Assembly: GCA_020349025.1 (NCBI GenBank)
Contig: CP070763.1
Span: 2,377,673 to 2,441,672, forward strand
Length of the DNA stretch: 64,000 bases
DNA from: Candidatus Latescibacterota bacterium
GTDB taxonomy: Bacteria > Krumholzibacteriota > Krumholzibacteriia > G020349025
Reading direction: 5' to 3'
Under the pieces are notes generated by a model. That model was given only the letters and a program-made list of their open reading frames with translations. It was not told the DNA's origin and ran no database searches. The stretch's first letter is position 1, and each line of letters starts with the position of its first letter. Below, piece after piece: positions 1-8,968 of the stretch. Position numbers and translations under genes: made by a program.

Positions 1-3000
1 TGGCCATCCGGCTTCGACCACTGGATCCGCGCATTGTTTTCTTCGCGGCACTCCTGATTCCGTGCGCGCAGGCGTCGGCCTTCGAGCCGCAACCCGTTCC
101 GGGTCGGCTGGTCATCCAGCTGCACGAGCGGATCGACACCGAGCGTTTCCAGCAGCAAGCGGATGGATCGACGCGCACGTTTCTCGTCGAGCTCGAGGCG
201 CTGCACGCGCGCTTCGCGGCGGAGCGATTCGTGCCGCATTTCCCGCACGCACCGCAGCGGCGCAAGAGCGGGCAAGTCCCCGCTCTGTCGCGTTTCTACA
301 TCCTCGAGTTCGCGCCGGAACACGACCTCGAAAGCGTGCGTGCAGCGTACGAGGCGCTGGATGCCGTCGAGATCGCAGCCTTCGACTGGGTCGCGCCGCT
401 GCACCTCGAAACCAACGACTTCACCTCACAGTGGCATCTAGAATCGACCTCCGGACGCGACGCACACGTCACCGGCGGGTGGAACCACTCGATCGGGGAC
501 ACGAACGTCGTCCTCGCCATTCTCGATTCCGGCGTCGACTGGATGCATCCCGACCTGGGGGGTGCCGGGCCGGCGTTCACGAACGGCAACATCGCCATCA
601 ATTGGGAGGAGCTCCACGGCGAGCCCGGCGTCGACGACGATGCGAACGGTCGTGTCGACGACGTGCGCGGCTGGGATTTCGTCAGCAGTTTCCTCGGCTC
701 CTTGCCGGCACCGGGTGAGGACGCCACGGTTGCGGACAACGATCCGATGGACTTCAACGGCCATGGCACGCACGTGGCCGGAATCGCGGGCGCGATCACG
801 AACAACGGCATCGGCGTCGCCGGCGTGGGGTACAACTGCAAGATCCTGCCGCTTCGCATCGGCGGCTCCGCTTCGGTCGATGGCGGCGAGCAGGGGGTCG
901 TCTGGATGAGCTTTGCCGCATCCGCGATCGCCTACGCGACGCAGCAGGGAGCGACCGCGATCAACTGCAGCTGGGGCTCGGCGTGGACGCCCGCGTTGCA
1001 GGCGGCCGTCGATCAGGCCATTGCCGATGGCGTCGTTGTCGTGGTCTCGTCCGGAAACGACAACAGCCAGAATCCGAGCTATCTCTCTTCGCGCGGCGAC
1101 TGCTTCGACGTCGCCGCCAGCTCCAGCGCCGATGTCAAAGCGGGCTTCTCGAACTACGGCGATTGGATCGACATCACAGCGCCGGGCGTCGGCATCTTCA
1201 GCACCTTCTTCGATCACGCTCTCGCCGGAGAGGCGCGCCACACCTACCGCTCGTTGCAGGGGACGTCGATGGCAGCGCCGGTGGTGACGGGGCTCGTGGG
1301 GCTCGTCAAGTCGCGCTGGCCGTCCGTGCAGGGAGCCGTCATCCACCAGCTCATCCAGAATGGGGCGACCGACATCGACGCGCTCAACCCCGCTTTCGCC
1401 GGTTTCCTCGGAGCGGGTCGCGTCAACGCCTTGCGCACCTTCTTCGATACCTTCCTCGCGGTCCCGGGCGACTATCCCAGCATCCGCAAGGCTCTGACCG
1501 CCAGCAGCCCGGGGGACACGATTGCCTTGGTTGGGGGCGCCACCTACTCGACCGATCTTCTGATGTCGCAGCTCGATCGTTCGCTGCAGGGAGGCTGGAG
1601 CGCCGATTTCGCCAGCCGCGATCCCGGCAACCACACGACGATCGTGGGTTCCGGCGCCGGACCCGTCCTGCGTTTCGCCCCCGGAGTCGATGAGACCTTG
1701 ATCCTCGAGAGCCTCCGCATCACGGGCGGCCGTGCGCAGCAGCTGGCGGAGCCGTCCGGCGCCTATGGTGGCGGCATCCTCTGTATCGACGCATCACCCC
1801 TCCTGCGCGCTTGCGTGATCGAGGGCAACGGTGCCGGCGGGCCTTTCGACTTCGGCGGCGGCGGCGGCGGGTTCTTCATGAGATCTTCAGCACGTCTCGT
1901 CGACTGCGTCTTTTCCGCAAACGCGGCGCGCCAAGGTGCCGGTTTGGCCGTGCTGGATTCGAACCTGGAGCTCGCGGGTTGCGTCATCGAAGGCAACTCG
2001 GCGCGCGGGGCAACCGATGCACGCGGCGCTGGAATCCACGTCGAGGGGGGCTCGCTCACCATCCGTGGCGGCAGATTCGAAGCCAATCATCAGGCGCAAG
2101 AAGGGGGCGCGCTCTACTCGAGCGCTGCGACGCTCGACATCCGCGCCACACACTTCGTGGCCAACTCCGCCGCCCTCGGTGGGGCCATGGCGTCGAGGAA
2201 CTCCAGCACGCTGCTTCTGGCCTCGGTTCTCTTTCGCGACAACGCAGCCAGCCAGCTGGCCGCGGTCCTGCACGCGACGCAGTCGACCGGGACGATCGCG
2301 AACGCGACTCTCGACGCCAACTCCGGCAACATCGTCGTCTTCCTGCCCGATGCGTCGTCGGCGTGGAGCCTACGCAACTGCATCATCTCCAACCACGCCT
2401 CCGGGAGCGCAGCGCTGGTTCTCACGGCGGACACCGAGCTCGACTACAACCTCTCCTGGAACAACGCCGGCGGAGACGTGTTCGGCGCCAGCAAGGGAGC
2501 GCACGCGACGCAGGCGGATCCGCGCTTCGTGGATCGGGACGCCGGCGACCTTGCGCTCGGGTTGCACTCGCCGGCGCTCGACAGCGGCGATCCGGACGCC
2601 CGCTTCAGCGACCGAGATGGGACGCGCAACGACCGCGGTGGCTTCGGCGGACCGGAGGCACAATCCGCCGCGCCTGCACCACCCGTGGACCTCCGCGCCA
2701 CAACGACCGCCGAGGGGATCGAGGTGTCTTGGAGGCGCGGCGATGCCTCCGACGTCGGTCTGATCGCGCTCTACCGCGACGCGGATTCCACCTTCGCGCC
2801 CTCGGAGCCGAACTTCCTCGTCGCCCTGGCCGCCGACCAGGTGCAGTTCCTCGACGCCGGCGGGGCGGGCCATCATTGGTACCGCGTGGCCGCCGTGGGC
2901 ACGAGCGGTGCGTCCTCCGGCTTCACCACGGCCGTGCGTCCCGAGCCCCCCACGGGCGTCGAGGACGACACGGACGACACCGACACGCCTCCCACACCGA

Positions 3001-3284
3001 TGCCGTCGCAGTTCGCCTTGCACCCGAACGAGCCCAACCCGTTCAATCCCTCGACGCGCATTCGCTTCGATCTGGCGCGCAGCGGACACACGCGTGTGGA
3101 CATCCTGGACGCGCGCGGCCGACTGGTGCGGCGTCTCGCCGATCACGTTCTGCCAGCGGGAACGACCTCTCTCTTCTGGGATGGTCGCGACGAGCAGGGG
3201 CGCGCGCAGCCTTCCGGCGTCTACCTCTACCGCGTCGCTGCAGAACGCTGGAGCGCCGCACGCAAGATGACACTCCTTCGCTGA
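1..3284 (+). CDS. Subtilisin-like S8 serine protease with a parallel beta-helix/FN3-like middle region and a T9SS-type C-terminal sorting domain. The 5' end runs off the window.
   Basis: The reading frame is open from nt 3. The ORF track starts it at GTG 231, but the in-frame upstream peptide RIVFFAALLIPCAQASAFEP looks like a signal-peptide core followed by an I9-like propeptide. The catalytic triad motifs are present: DSGVDWMHPD, HGTHVAGIAG and GTSMAAPVVTG. There is a long Gly/Ala/Asn-rich beta-helix repeat region. The C-terminal ~80 aa (NEPNPFNPSTRIRFDL...SGVYLYRV) match the Por_Secre_tail / FlgD-Ig-like T9SS CTD. Confidence 0.85.
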   Translation, partial: AIRLRPLDPRIVFFAALLIPCAQASAFEPQPVPGRLVIQLHERIDTERFQQQADGSTRTFLVELEALHARFAAERFVPHFPHAPQRRKSGQVPALSRFYILEFAPEHDLESVRAAYEALDAVEIAAFDWVAPLHLETNDFTSQWHLESTSGRDAHVTGGWNHSIGDTNVVLAILDSGVDWMHPDLGGAGPAFTNGNIAINWEELHGEPGVDDDANGRVDDVRGWDFVSSFLGSLPAPGEDATVADNDPMDFNGHGTHVAGIAGAITNNGIGVAGVGYNCKILPLRIGGSASVDGGEQGVVWMSFAASAIAYATQQGATAINCSWGSAWTPALQAAVDQAIADGVVVVVSSGNDNSQNPSYLSSRGDCFDVAASSSADVKAGFSNYGDWIDITAPGVGIFSTFFDHALAGEARHTYRSLQGTSMAAPVVTGLVGLVKSRWPSVQGAVIHQLIQNGATDIDALNPAFAGFLGAGRVNALRTFFDTFLAVPGDYPSIRKALTASSPGDTIALVGGATYSTDLLMSQLDRSLQGGWSADFASRDPGNHTTIVGSGAGPVLRFAPGVDETLILESLRITGGRAQQLAEPSGAYGGGILCIDASPLLRACVIEGNGAGGPFDFGGGGGGFFMRSSARLVDCVFSANAARQGAGLAVLDSNLELAGCVIEGNSARGATDARGAGIHVEGGSLTIRGGRFEANHQAQEGGALYSSAATLDIRATHFVANSAALGGAMASRNSSTLLLASVLFRDNAASQLAAVLHATQSTGTIANATLDANSGNIVVFLPDASSAWSLRNCIISNHASGSAALVLTADTELDYNLSWNNAGGDVFGASKGAHATQADPRFVDRDAGDLALGLHSPALDSGDPDARFSDRDGTRNDRGGFGGPEAQSAAPAPPVDLRATTTAEGIEVSWRRGDASDVGLIALYRDADSTFAPSEPNFLVALAADQVQFLDAGGAGHHWYRVAAVGTSGASSGFTTAVRPEPPTGVEDDTDDTDTPPTPMPSQFALHPNEPNPFNPSTRIRFDLARSGHTRVDILDARGRLVRRLADHVLPAGTTSLFWDGRDEQGRAQPSGVYLYRVAAERWSAARKMTLLR

Positions 3285-3294
3285 GAGGTTCCCA

Positions 3295-3996
3295 GTGGCC
3301 TACGACGTGGTCGTGTTCGGGGCGCACCCGGACGACGCCGAGATGGGAATGGGTGGAACGGTTGCCAAGCTGGCCCGCGCCGGGCGGCGCGTGCTCCTGG
3401 TGAGTCTGACGCGGGGTGAGTGCGGGACGTACGGGTCGCAAGCGGAGCGCGAGCGTGAGGCGGCGCGCGCGGCCGAGGTGCTGGAGTGTGATCACCGCCT
3501 TCTCGATTTTCCAGACTCCCGCATCGAGCCGGACCTGGAAGCGCGCGAACGAATCATGCAGCTTCTCCGTGAGCTGCAACCGCGCATCGTGTTTGCTCCC
3601 TACCACTCGAACCGGTTCGGTCACCACGACGGCATGGCGCATGTCGATCATCTGGCCACCGGTGTCATCGTGCGCGATGCAGTCAAGCTCGCGCGCATGC
3701 GAGGAGTCGAGCGCGAGTCGAGCTCCCACGACGTGCAGCGCCTCTATTTCTACATGGTGCCGCGCGATCGTTATCCAACGCTGCTGGTGGACGTGACCGC
3801 AGAGTACGCGGTGCTGGTGCGCGCCATCGAGGCGTACGAGAGCCAGATGGCGATCGAGCGCCATGGGCGCGCGATTCTCGAGATCCTTCAAACCTATCGG
3901 CGTTACTACGGCATCGCTGCGGGGTGTGAATACGCCGAACCGTTCCTGTGCGAAGAGGCGCTGCGAGCCGACGTGGACACTCTCTTCTCACTCTGA
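3295..3996 (+). CDS. LmbE/PIG-L family N-acetylglucosaminyl deacetylase (BshB1/MshB-like).
   Basis: GTG start with GAGAGG 7 nt upstream. The N-terminus VVVFGAHPDDAEMGMGGTVAKL carries the family's HxDD metal-binding motif. The 233-aa length fits BshB1. Confidence 0.8.
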   Translation: MAYDVVVFGAHPDDAEMGMGGTVAKLARAGRRVLLVSLTRGECGTYGSQAEREREAARAAEVLECDHRLLDFPDSRIEPDLEARERIMQLLRELQPRIVFAPYHSNRFGHHDGMAHVDHLATGVIVRDAVKLARMRGVERESSSHDVQRLYFYMVPRDRYPTLLVDVTAEYAVLVRAIEAYESQMAIERHGRAILEILQTYRRYYGIAAGCEYAEPFLCEEALRADVDTLFSL

Positions 3997-4071
3997 GCCG
4001 GAAGCACGAGGGACGTTGCTCGAGAAGCGCTGCGGCTGCTACACTCGACGCCAAGACGCCCGGGGGGACCG

Positions 4072-4233
4072 ATGGGATCGAACAACAGCATCCTACACGA
4101 GCTCTGGCAGTTCATGCGCGTGCGCAAGAAGTTCTGGTTGGGACCGATGCTCCTCGTTCTCGTGCTTCTCGGCCTGCTCATCGTGTTTACCGAGGGCTCC
4201 TCTCTGGCTCCCTTCATATACACTCTGTTTTAA
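4072..4233 (+). CDS. Small conserved membrane protein (DUF5989-like), 53 aa, not in the ORF track.
   Basis: ATG at 4072 and TAA at 4231. Translation is MGSNNSILHELWQFMRVRKKFWLGPMLLVLVLLGLLIVFTEGSSLAPFIYTLF, with a single TM helix and a conserved ELWQF..RKKFWL..P start. It sits between the deacetylase and the glycosyltransferase. Confidence 0.5.
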   Translation: MGSNNSILHELWQFMRVRKKFWLGPMLLVLVLLGLLIVFTEGSSLAPFIYTLF

Positions 4234-4317
4234 GCCCCGAGACGCTCGTGGCTTCGAGCCGCTCGGACCTCCTCGCTGCAGCGCCTTCGGATGCGCCGGC
4301 GTGACGTTGGAGGCTGC

Positions 4318-5481
4318 ATGAAGGTCGTCGTCTGCGCCGAAGTGCAGTGGCGCTACGTTCGCACCCGCAAGCAGCAGATCCTGTCGCGTCTTCCTGCCGA
4401 CTGGCCGATCCTCTTTCTCCAGGCCTATGTGCGCGGCCGCCCCAACGCCTGGCTACCACGTCGCGACGGCAACCTGACCTACGTCACCGTCCCGGTGCTC
4501 AAGAACGCCCCCAACTCGCTCCTGCGTGCGGTGCTGGCCTGGTGGCCGGTCCGCGCCCTCCTCAACCTGATGCTTCTCAAATGGGTATGGCTCGTGCGGC
4601 TGCTCACCGGGTTCGCGCGCGCTGACGTGATGCTGTACGTCTCAAACATCTACTTCGGTCGCATCCTTCGTTGGCTGCCGCGGCGTGCGGCGGTCTACGA
4701 CTGCAACGACAACCACCTCGCCTTTCCCGGCACGCCCGCGTGGGCGCGTGGCTATTTCGAACGCGTCGTCCATGGAGTCGATGCCGTGGTCGTCAGCCAG
4801 CGCTTGTTGCGAGAGGAGATCGAACCGCTGCGTCGGGACTCGATCGTCGAGATCGGCAATGGCGTCGACTTCGCACTCTTCGATGCCGCGTGGCGGCAGC
4901 CGTCTCGTCCCGCCGACATCTGCAACCTGCCCGGGCCACGCATCGGTTACGCTGGTGCCCTGGCCGCATGGATCGATCTCGATCTCGTCGCGCACATCGC
5001 CGAGGCCATACCGAGGGCGAGCGTCGTTCTCGTGGGCCCAGCCGTCGGCCCGGGCGTCGACCTGGAGGCGCGCTTCCGCTCGCTGGGGAACGTGCACTGG
5101 CTCGGCTCCAAGCCGCACGAGGAGCTCCCGCACTACGTGCGCGAGATGGACGTCTGTCTCATTCCGTTTCGCCCGACGCCACTGACGCGCGGTGTGAACC
5201 CGAACAAACTGTACGAGTACCTGGCGCTCGGGAAACCGGTTGTGAGCACCGATTTCTCCCCCTTCATCCACGACTACGCCCCGCACGTGCAGGTGGGGCG
5301 GACGGCCGAGGAGAGCGTGGCCGCCATCGGCCGCTTTCTCGCCGTGGCCGGCGATCCGGAGCCGCGCCGTGAGATCGCGCGTCAGCACGGCTGGGATCGC
5401 TGCGCCGCGCGCATGCAGGATCTCCTCGAGGCGCTGGTTTCCGGGAGCGACGGTTCCGACGTGCCGCGCCAGTCGCTATAA
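4318..5481 (+). CDS. Family-1 (GT4-type, TuaH-like) glycosyltransferase.
   Basis: ATG 4318 (MKVVVCAE) has GGAGG 5 nt upstream. The ORF track's 4291 start is probably too long. The C-terminal GT-B nucleotide-binding half is recognisable (NKLYEYLALGKPVVSTD, RVxxVGxG-type region). Confidence 0.75.
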   Translation: MKVVVCAEVQWRYVRTRKQQILSRLPADWPILFLQAYVRGRPNAWLPRRDGNLTYVTVPVLKNAPNSLLRAVLAWWPVRALLNLMLLKWVWLVRLLTGFARADVMLYVSNIYFGRILRWLPRRAAVYDCNDNHLAFPGTPAWARGYFERVVHGVDAVVVSQRLLREEIEPLRRDSIVEIGNGVDFALFDAAWRQPSRPADICNLPGPRIGYAGALAAWIDLDLVAHIAEAIPRASVVLVGPAVGPGVDLEARFRSLGNVHWLGSKPHEELPHYVREMDVCLIPFRPTPLTRGVNPNKLYEYLALGKPVVSTDFSPFIHDYAPHVQVGRTAEESVAAIGRFLAVAGDPEPRREIARQHGWDRCAARMQDLLEALVSGSDGSDVPRQSL

Positions 5482-5542
5482 TCGAGGCCTCGCTCGTTTC
5501 GCGATCCACCCCGCGACACGTCGCGGCAGCCGGGAGGTGCAG

Positions 5543-7210
5543 GTGGACAAGACGGCTCGCGCCCTGATCAAGCTCCTGCAGTGCGAGGATCCCAACCTGC
5601 GTCTCGCGGCCATGCGCGTCGTCAGCGCGCTCGGGATGCGCAACAAGTCGGTGATCGCCGCGCTCGGAGCGAACCTGGAGATGGAGCAGGAAGCGTTACG
5701 GATCCAGGCACTGCATGCACTGGCGCAGCTGGGGCCTGCCGACGCGGTGGATCTCGTGGCGCCCATGCTGCTGGAACCGGGTGTCGTGCGCCAGCAGGCG
5801 GCCCGGGTCATGGCGCTGGCGGGCAGCCCCGCCGTCCCCGTGCTGCGGCGCCTGTACGCGCGTGCCGACTTTCATGGCCGCCGCGCCATCGCCTCGACGC
5901 TCGCCGAGATCGGCGGTCGTCCCGCGTTCGACTTTCTCCTGCGCAGCATGCCCCCGGAGGATCTCGAGCTGATCAAACACCTGACCGCGTGTGCACGTGC
6001 GGTGCTCGGTCGCCTGCCGAGCGCTGCGCGCCTCAGCGCGGTGCGAAGCCTGCGCAGCTTCCTCAAGGAGCGCAAGACGCAGAAGAATCCGCACGCGGTG
6101 ATCGCGGGCCTCGTGCTGCTGGGCGGCGTGGCCGATCCGAAGGCGGCCGAGGAAGCGCGCAAGATGCTCCCCGTCTACCTCGACAAGAGGCAGCCGGAAC
6201 CGGTGCGTCGCAATGCCGCGATCTCGATGTCGCGGCTCCCGGTGGCGCCGAAGCAAGCGGATGCGCTGGTGCCCAAGCTCCTGTCCCTGTTGTCGGAGAA
6301 GGAGTGGAGCCCGGTTCCGCAGAACGTCCTGCCGCTCCTGCAACGCCTCGAGCTGTCGCCGCAGGCGTTGCAGAAGCTGCTGCCGCTGCTGCGCAAGTCG
6401 CCGCACGTGGCGGTGCAGCTGCATGTTCTCGAGCGGCTCCACGGCTTGGACAAGCCCGCGGTCGTACGCGAGGTGCTGCCGTTCATCGCGTCGGAGCATC
6501 CGCGTTTGCGGGAGGCGGCGGAAGCCACGCTCAAGACGATGCCATCCGCCATCGGAGCGCTTTTCGAGACGCTGCTGCGGCCGCAGGACGAGGACGTCGG
6601 ACGGCGCGCGCAGTGGATTTTGCGCGCATACCCGGAGGCGGATCGTAAACGCTACGCGGGACGCGCCGCGGATCATGCCGTGAAGCTGTACGAGAAGGGG
6701 GAGCCGCGCGCACGCGTGTTCGTCGATTTCGTCTGCGGTGTCGATCCTGCGCTGCTCCAGAGGCGCGTGGCGACCCGCCTCAAGACGCTCAAGCGCGGCA
6801 GCTCTCGCGGTCGCTGGGAAAGCACGGCGTCGCTTCTACGCCTTCTCTCCGATCGCAACCTCCTGTCGCCGGATCAGCGTTACGACTACGGTGTGGCGCT
6901 TCTGCATCGGAGCCGCAAGGATGTGCGTCGTGAGTCGCGTGCCGCCGATCCTTCGCTGCACGTGCTTGCCGGGGTCGCACGCCAAGATGGTGCCAAGTTG
7001 GTCAAGTCGCTGCTCAAGGAACGCAGCCTCGGCGCCGACGACTACTACTATCTCGGATTCCATCTCAGCGAGGGCAACGAGGAGATGCGCAGCCACGGTC
7101 AGGAACTCCTCGGGCACGTGCTCACACGCTACCCACGCCACAAGCTGCGCCGCGCGGCGAAGCAGAAGCTCGAGCTTCTGGAACGCCACGGCGCTGCGGT
7201 CGAGGCGTGA
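5543..7210 (+). CDS. HEAT-repeat (PBS-lyase-like) protein.
   Basis: Repeated ~30-aa units of the AxRxxAxxALGxLGxxxAVxxL type (LRLAAMRVVSALG, RIQALHALAQLGPADAVDLVAPML, RNAAISMSRLP ...). The start is chosen at GTG 5543 with GGGAGG 5 nt upstream. The ORF-track start 5369 overlaps the upstream gene. Confidence 0.6.
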   Translation: MDKTARALIKLLQCEDPNLRLAAMRVVSALGMRNKSVIAALGANLEMEQEALRIQALHALAQLGPADAVDLVAPMLLEPGVVRQQAARVMALAGSPAVPVLRRLYARADFHGRRAIASTLAEIGGRPAFDFLLRSMPPEDLELIKHLTACARAVLGRLPSAARLSAVRSLRSFLKERKTQKNPHAVIAGLVLLGGVADPKAAEEARKMLPVYLDKRQPEPVRRNAAISMSRLPVAPKQADALVPKLLSLLSEKEWSPVPQNVLPLLQRLELSPQALQKLLPLLRKSPHVAVQLHVLERLHGLDKPAVVREVLPFIASEHPRLREAAEATLKTMPSAIGALFETLLRPQDEDVGRRAQWILRAYPEADRKRYAGRAADHAVKLYEKGEPRARVFVDFVCGVDPALLQRRVATRLKTLKRGSSRGRWESTASLLRLLSDRNLLSPDQRYDYGVALLHRSRKDVRRESRAADPSLHVLAGVARQDGAKLVKSLLKERSLGADDYYYLGFHLSEGNEEMRSHGQELLGHVLTRYPRHKLRRAAKQKLELLERHGAAVEA

Positions 7211-7211
7211 C

Positions 7212-8084
7212 GTGACGCTGCACGAGCTTCCACCCGCTCTGCCGCCCGACGAGGTGGAGAAGCTTCGCTGGGAGACCTTCGGTCACAGGCGCACTCGCGC
7301 CATCGCTTCGCGCGATGAGCTCGTGCGTTTCTGTGCACGCCGCGGCTTCGTTCTCCGTGATCCGAGTCCGGGGGTGCACTTCCCGAGCGTCCTGGAGGCC
7401 GCCGTGGGGCGGCCGCTCCTGGGCCATGCCTGGGACGAGCGCGCCGATGATCTCGAGGCCTGGCGCCGCGCGAGCGTCACGTCGCGACAGCTGGTTTGCG
7501 CCGCGGTTCTCGGCGGGCACCCGACGCTGATCGCCCCAGGCTTCCTGGCCGAGTTCCAGGTGTTGTCGGGGAATCGTGGCGACACGAGAGATCATGAGCG
7601 CCTGCGCGAAACGGGCGTTTTGAATCCCGAGGCGAGCGCAGTCTGCTCCTGGCTCCTGTCGGAGGCGCGGCCCATGACAGCCTCCGAGCTCGTCGAGAGG
7701 CTCGGCATGCGCGGAGCGCTGGGAAAGAAGCGTCTCGACGCCGCTCTGCAGGAGGCGGTGCGACATTTCTTGATCGTCGAGAGCAGCTTCGCCGCCGATT
7801 CCGGAGAGCCGCTGTACGATCTTCTTCCACGGGTGCTGACGGCGGCGATGCGGAAGGCGGAGACGATCTCGCTGCAGGTCGCGCGGCAGCGGGTCGTGTG
7901 TCGGTATCTTCGCAACGTCATCGTGGCGGGTTGCCACGAGGTGGCGCGCCTGCTGGGCTGGTCGCAGGAAGAGACGCTGAAGACGATGCGCAGGCTCGAA
8001 GCGAGGCACATGATCGTCGAGCACCCGGCGTCGCGACACAACCGCTGGTTCTTTCAGGCGGCCGCGACAGACTTGCTCGGCTAG
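7212..8084 (+). CDS. Hypothetical protein, possibly a winged-helix DNA-binding domain protein.
   Basis: GTG 7212 lies 1 nt after the HEAT gene's stop, with GAGG upstream. The codon usage is coherent. There is no confident family assignment. Confidence 0.45.
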   Translation: MTLHELPPALPPDEVEKLRWETFGHRRTRAIASRDELVRFCARRGFVLRDPSPGVHFPSVLEAAVGRPLLGHAWDERADDLEAWRRASVTSRQLVCAAVLGGHPTLIAPGFLAEFQVLSGNRGDTRDHERLRETGVLNPEASAVCSWLLSEARPMTASELVERLGMRGALGKKRLDAALQEAVRHFLIVESSFAADSGEPLYDLLPRVLTAAMRKAETISLQVARQRVVCRYLRNVIVAGCHEVARLLGWSQEETLKTMRRLEARHMIVEHPASRHNRWFFQAAATDLLG

Positions 8085-8151
8085 CGCAGCAACGCGCATC
8101 GGCTCGCAAGCCGACGACGGCTCGAGCGCGCAGGGAACGTGAGGTGCCAGG

Positions 8152-8715
8152 ATGAGCGCAACGCGAGCTCCGGAGATTGGCGCCGTTTCGCCGCCGATCG
8201 ATGTCGTCCGCCTGGACGGCCTGCGTGTGACCGACGAGTCGCTGCGGGGTCGCAGCGTCTTGCTTCTCTTCCTGCGTCATCTGCGCTGACTCCCGTGCCG
8301 GGAGCATCTCGGTGAGGTGCGTCGAGTCGTGGAGTTGGAGCACCCCCAGCTGCGCCATGCAGCCCGCTTTCTCGCGCTCTCGTTCGAGCCGGTCGTCGAC
8401 ATCGTGCCGATGCAGCAGGAGCTGCAGGCCGACTTCTTCGAGATCTGCTCCGATCCCGAGCGTCGCACGTACCAGGCGTTCGGATTGCCACGCGTCGATA
8501 CGTTGGCACTCGTGGCACGCCGCACGCTCTTCTTCTACTTGCGGCAGGCGTTGCGTGGTCGCGTGCAACGTGGCGTGGGCAGCGACATCCATCAGATGGG
8601 TGGGGACTTCGTGCTCGACCGCGCCGGCAGCGTCCGCTTCGCGCACGTGAGCAGCGAGCCCGCCGACCGGCCCGAGGCGCGCGCGATGGTGCAGGAGTTG
8701 GCGAGTTGGTCGTAG
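8152..8715 (+). CDS. AhpC/TSA_2 (PRXL2/SelU-like) thiol-disulfide oxidoreductase with an in-frame TGA at codon 46. It is a candidate selenoprotein (UxxC), otherwise a disrupted gene.
   Basis: ATG 8152 opens MSATRAPEIGAVSPPIDVVRLDGLRVTDESLRGRSVLLLFLRHLR, which ends at TGA 8287-8289. The same frame then continues LPCREHLGEV...GGDFVLDRAGSVRFAHV to TAG 8715. The join VLLLFLRHLR-[TGA]-LPCREH aligns to the family redox motif VxxFxRxFGCxxCR. The TGA therefore sits at the first Cys of CxxC. The SelU family is known to have Sec at this position. A stem-loop at 8304-8330 lies downstream. Confidence 0.5.
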
Positions 8716-8968
8716 CCTGGAGGAGGGCGGGCGCGGCACGGTGTCGACGCGGTTGGGGCGGACGTTCCTCCGCGCCCCTCCAGGGCGCTTCGTCACTCGA
8801 CACCCGGCCTGTTTGGACATCCATGTCCTCACGACGGCCGGTGACGCCGCCCCAACCGCGTCGACACCGTGCCGCGCCCGCGTCGACTCTTCGCACGTCG
8901 CCGACCGCACCTTCCGCGATCCCCGCGCACGACACGGCCGGACACGCGCGCGCGTCCGGCCCGTCGTT

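Noticed and set aside
1955-1965. GGTTCGAATCC (tRNA T-loop-like) on the minus strand.
   Set aside because: It is inside the subtilase CDS. The flanking bases do not form a T-stem or an acceptor stem. It is a chance match.
8290-8304. The hairpin CUCCCG-UGC-CGGGAG immediately after the TGA as the SECIS itself.
   Set aside because: It starts at +1 from the UGA, which is closer than the spacing bacterial SECIS elements normally show. The stem-loop at 8304-8330 is the better candidate. This hairpin may still contribute to ribosome pausing.
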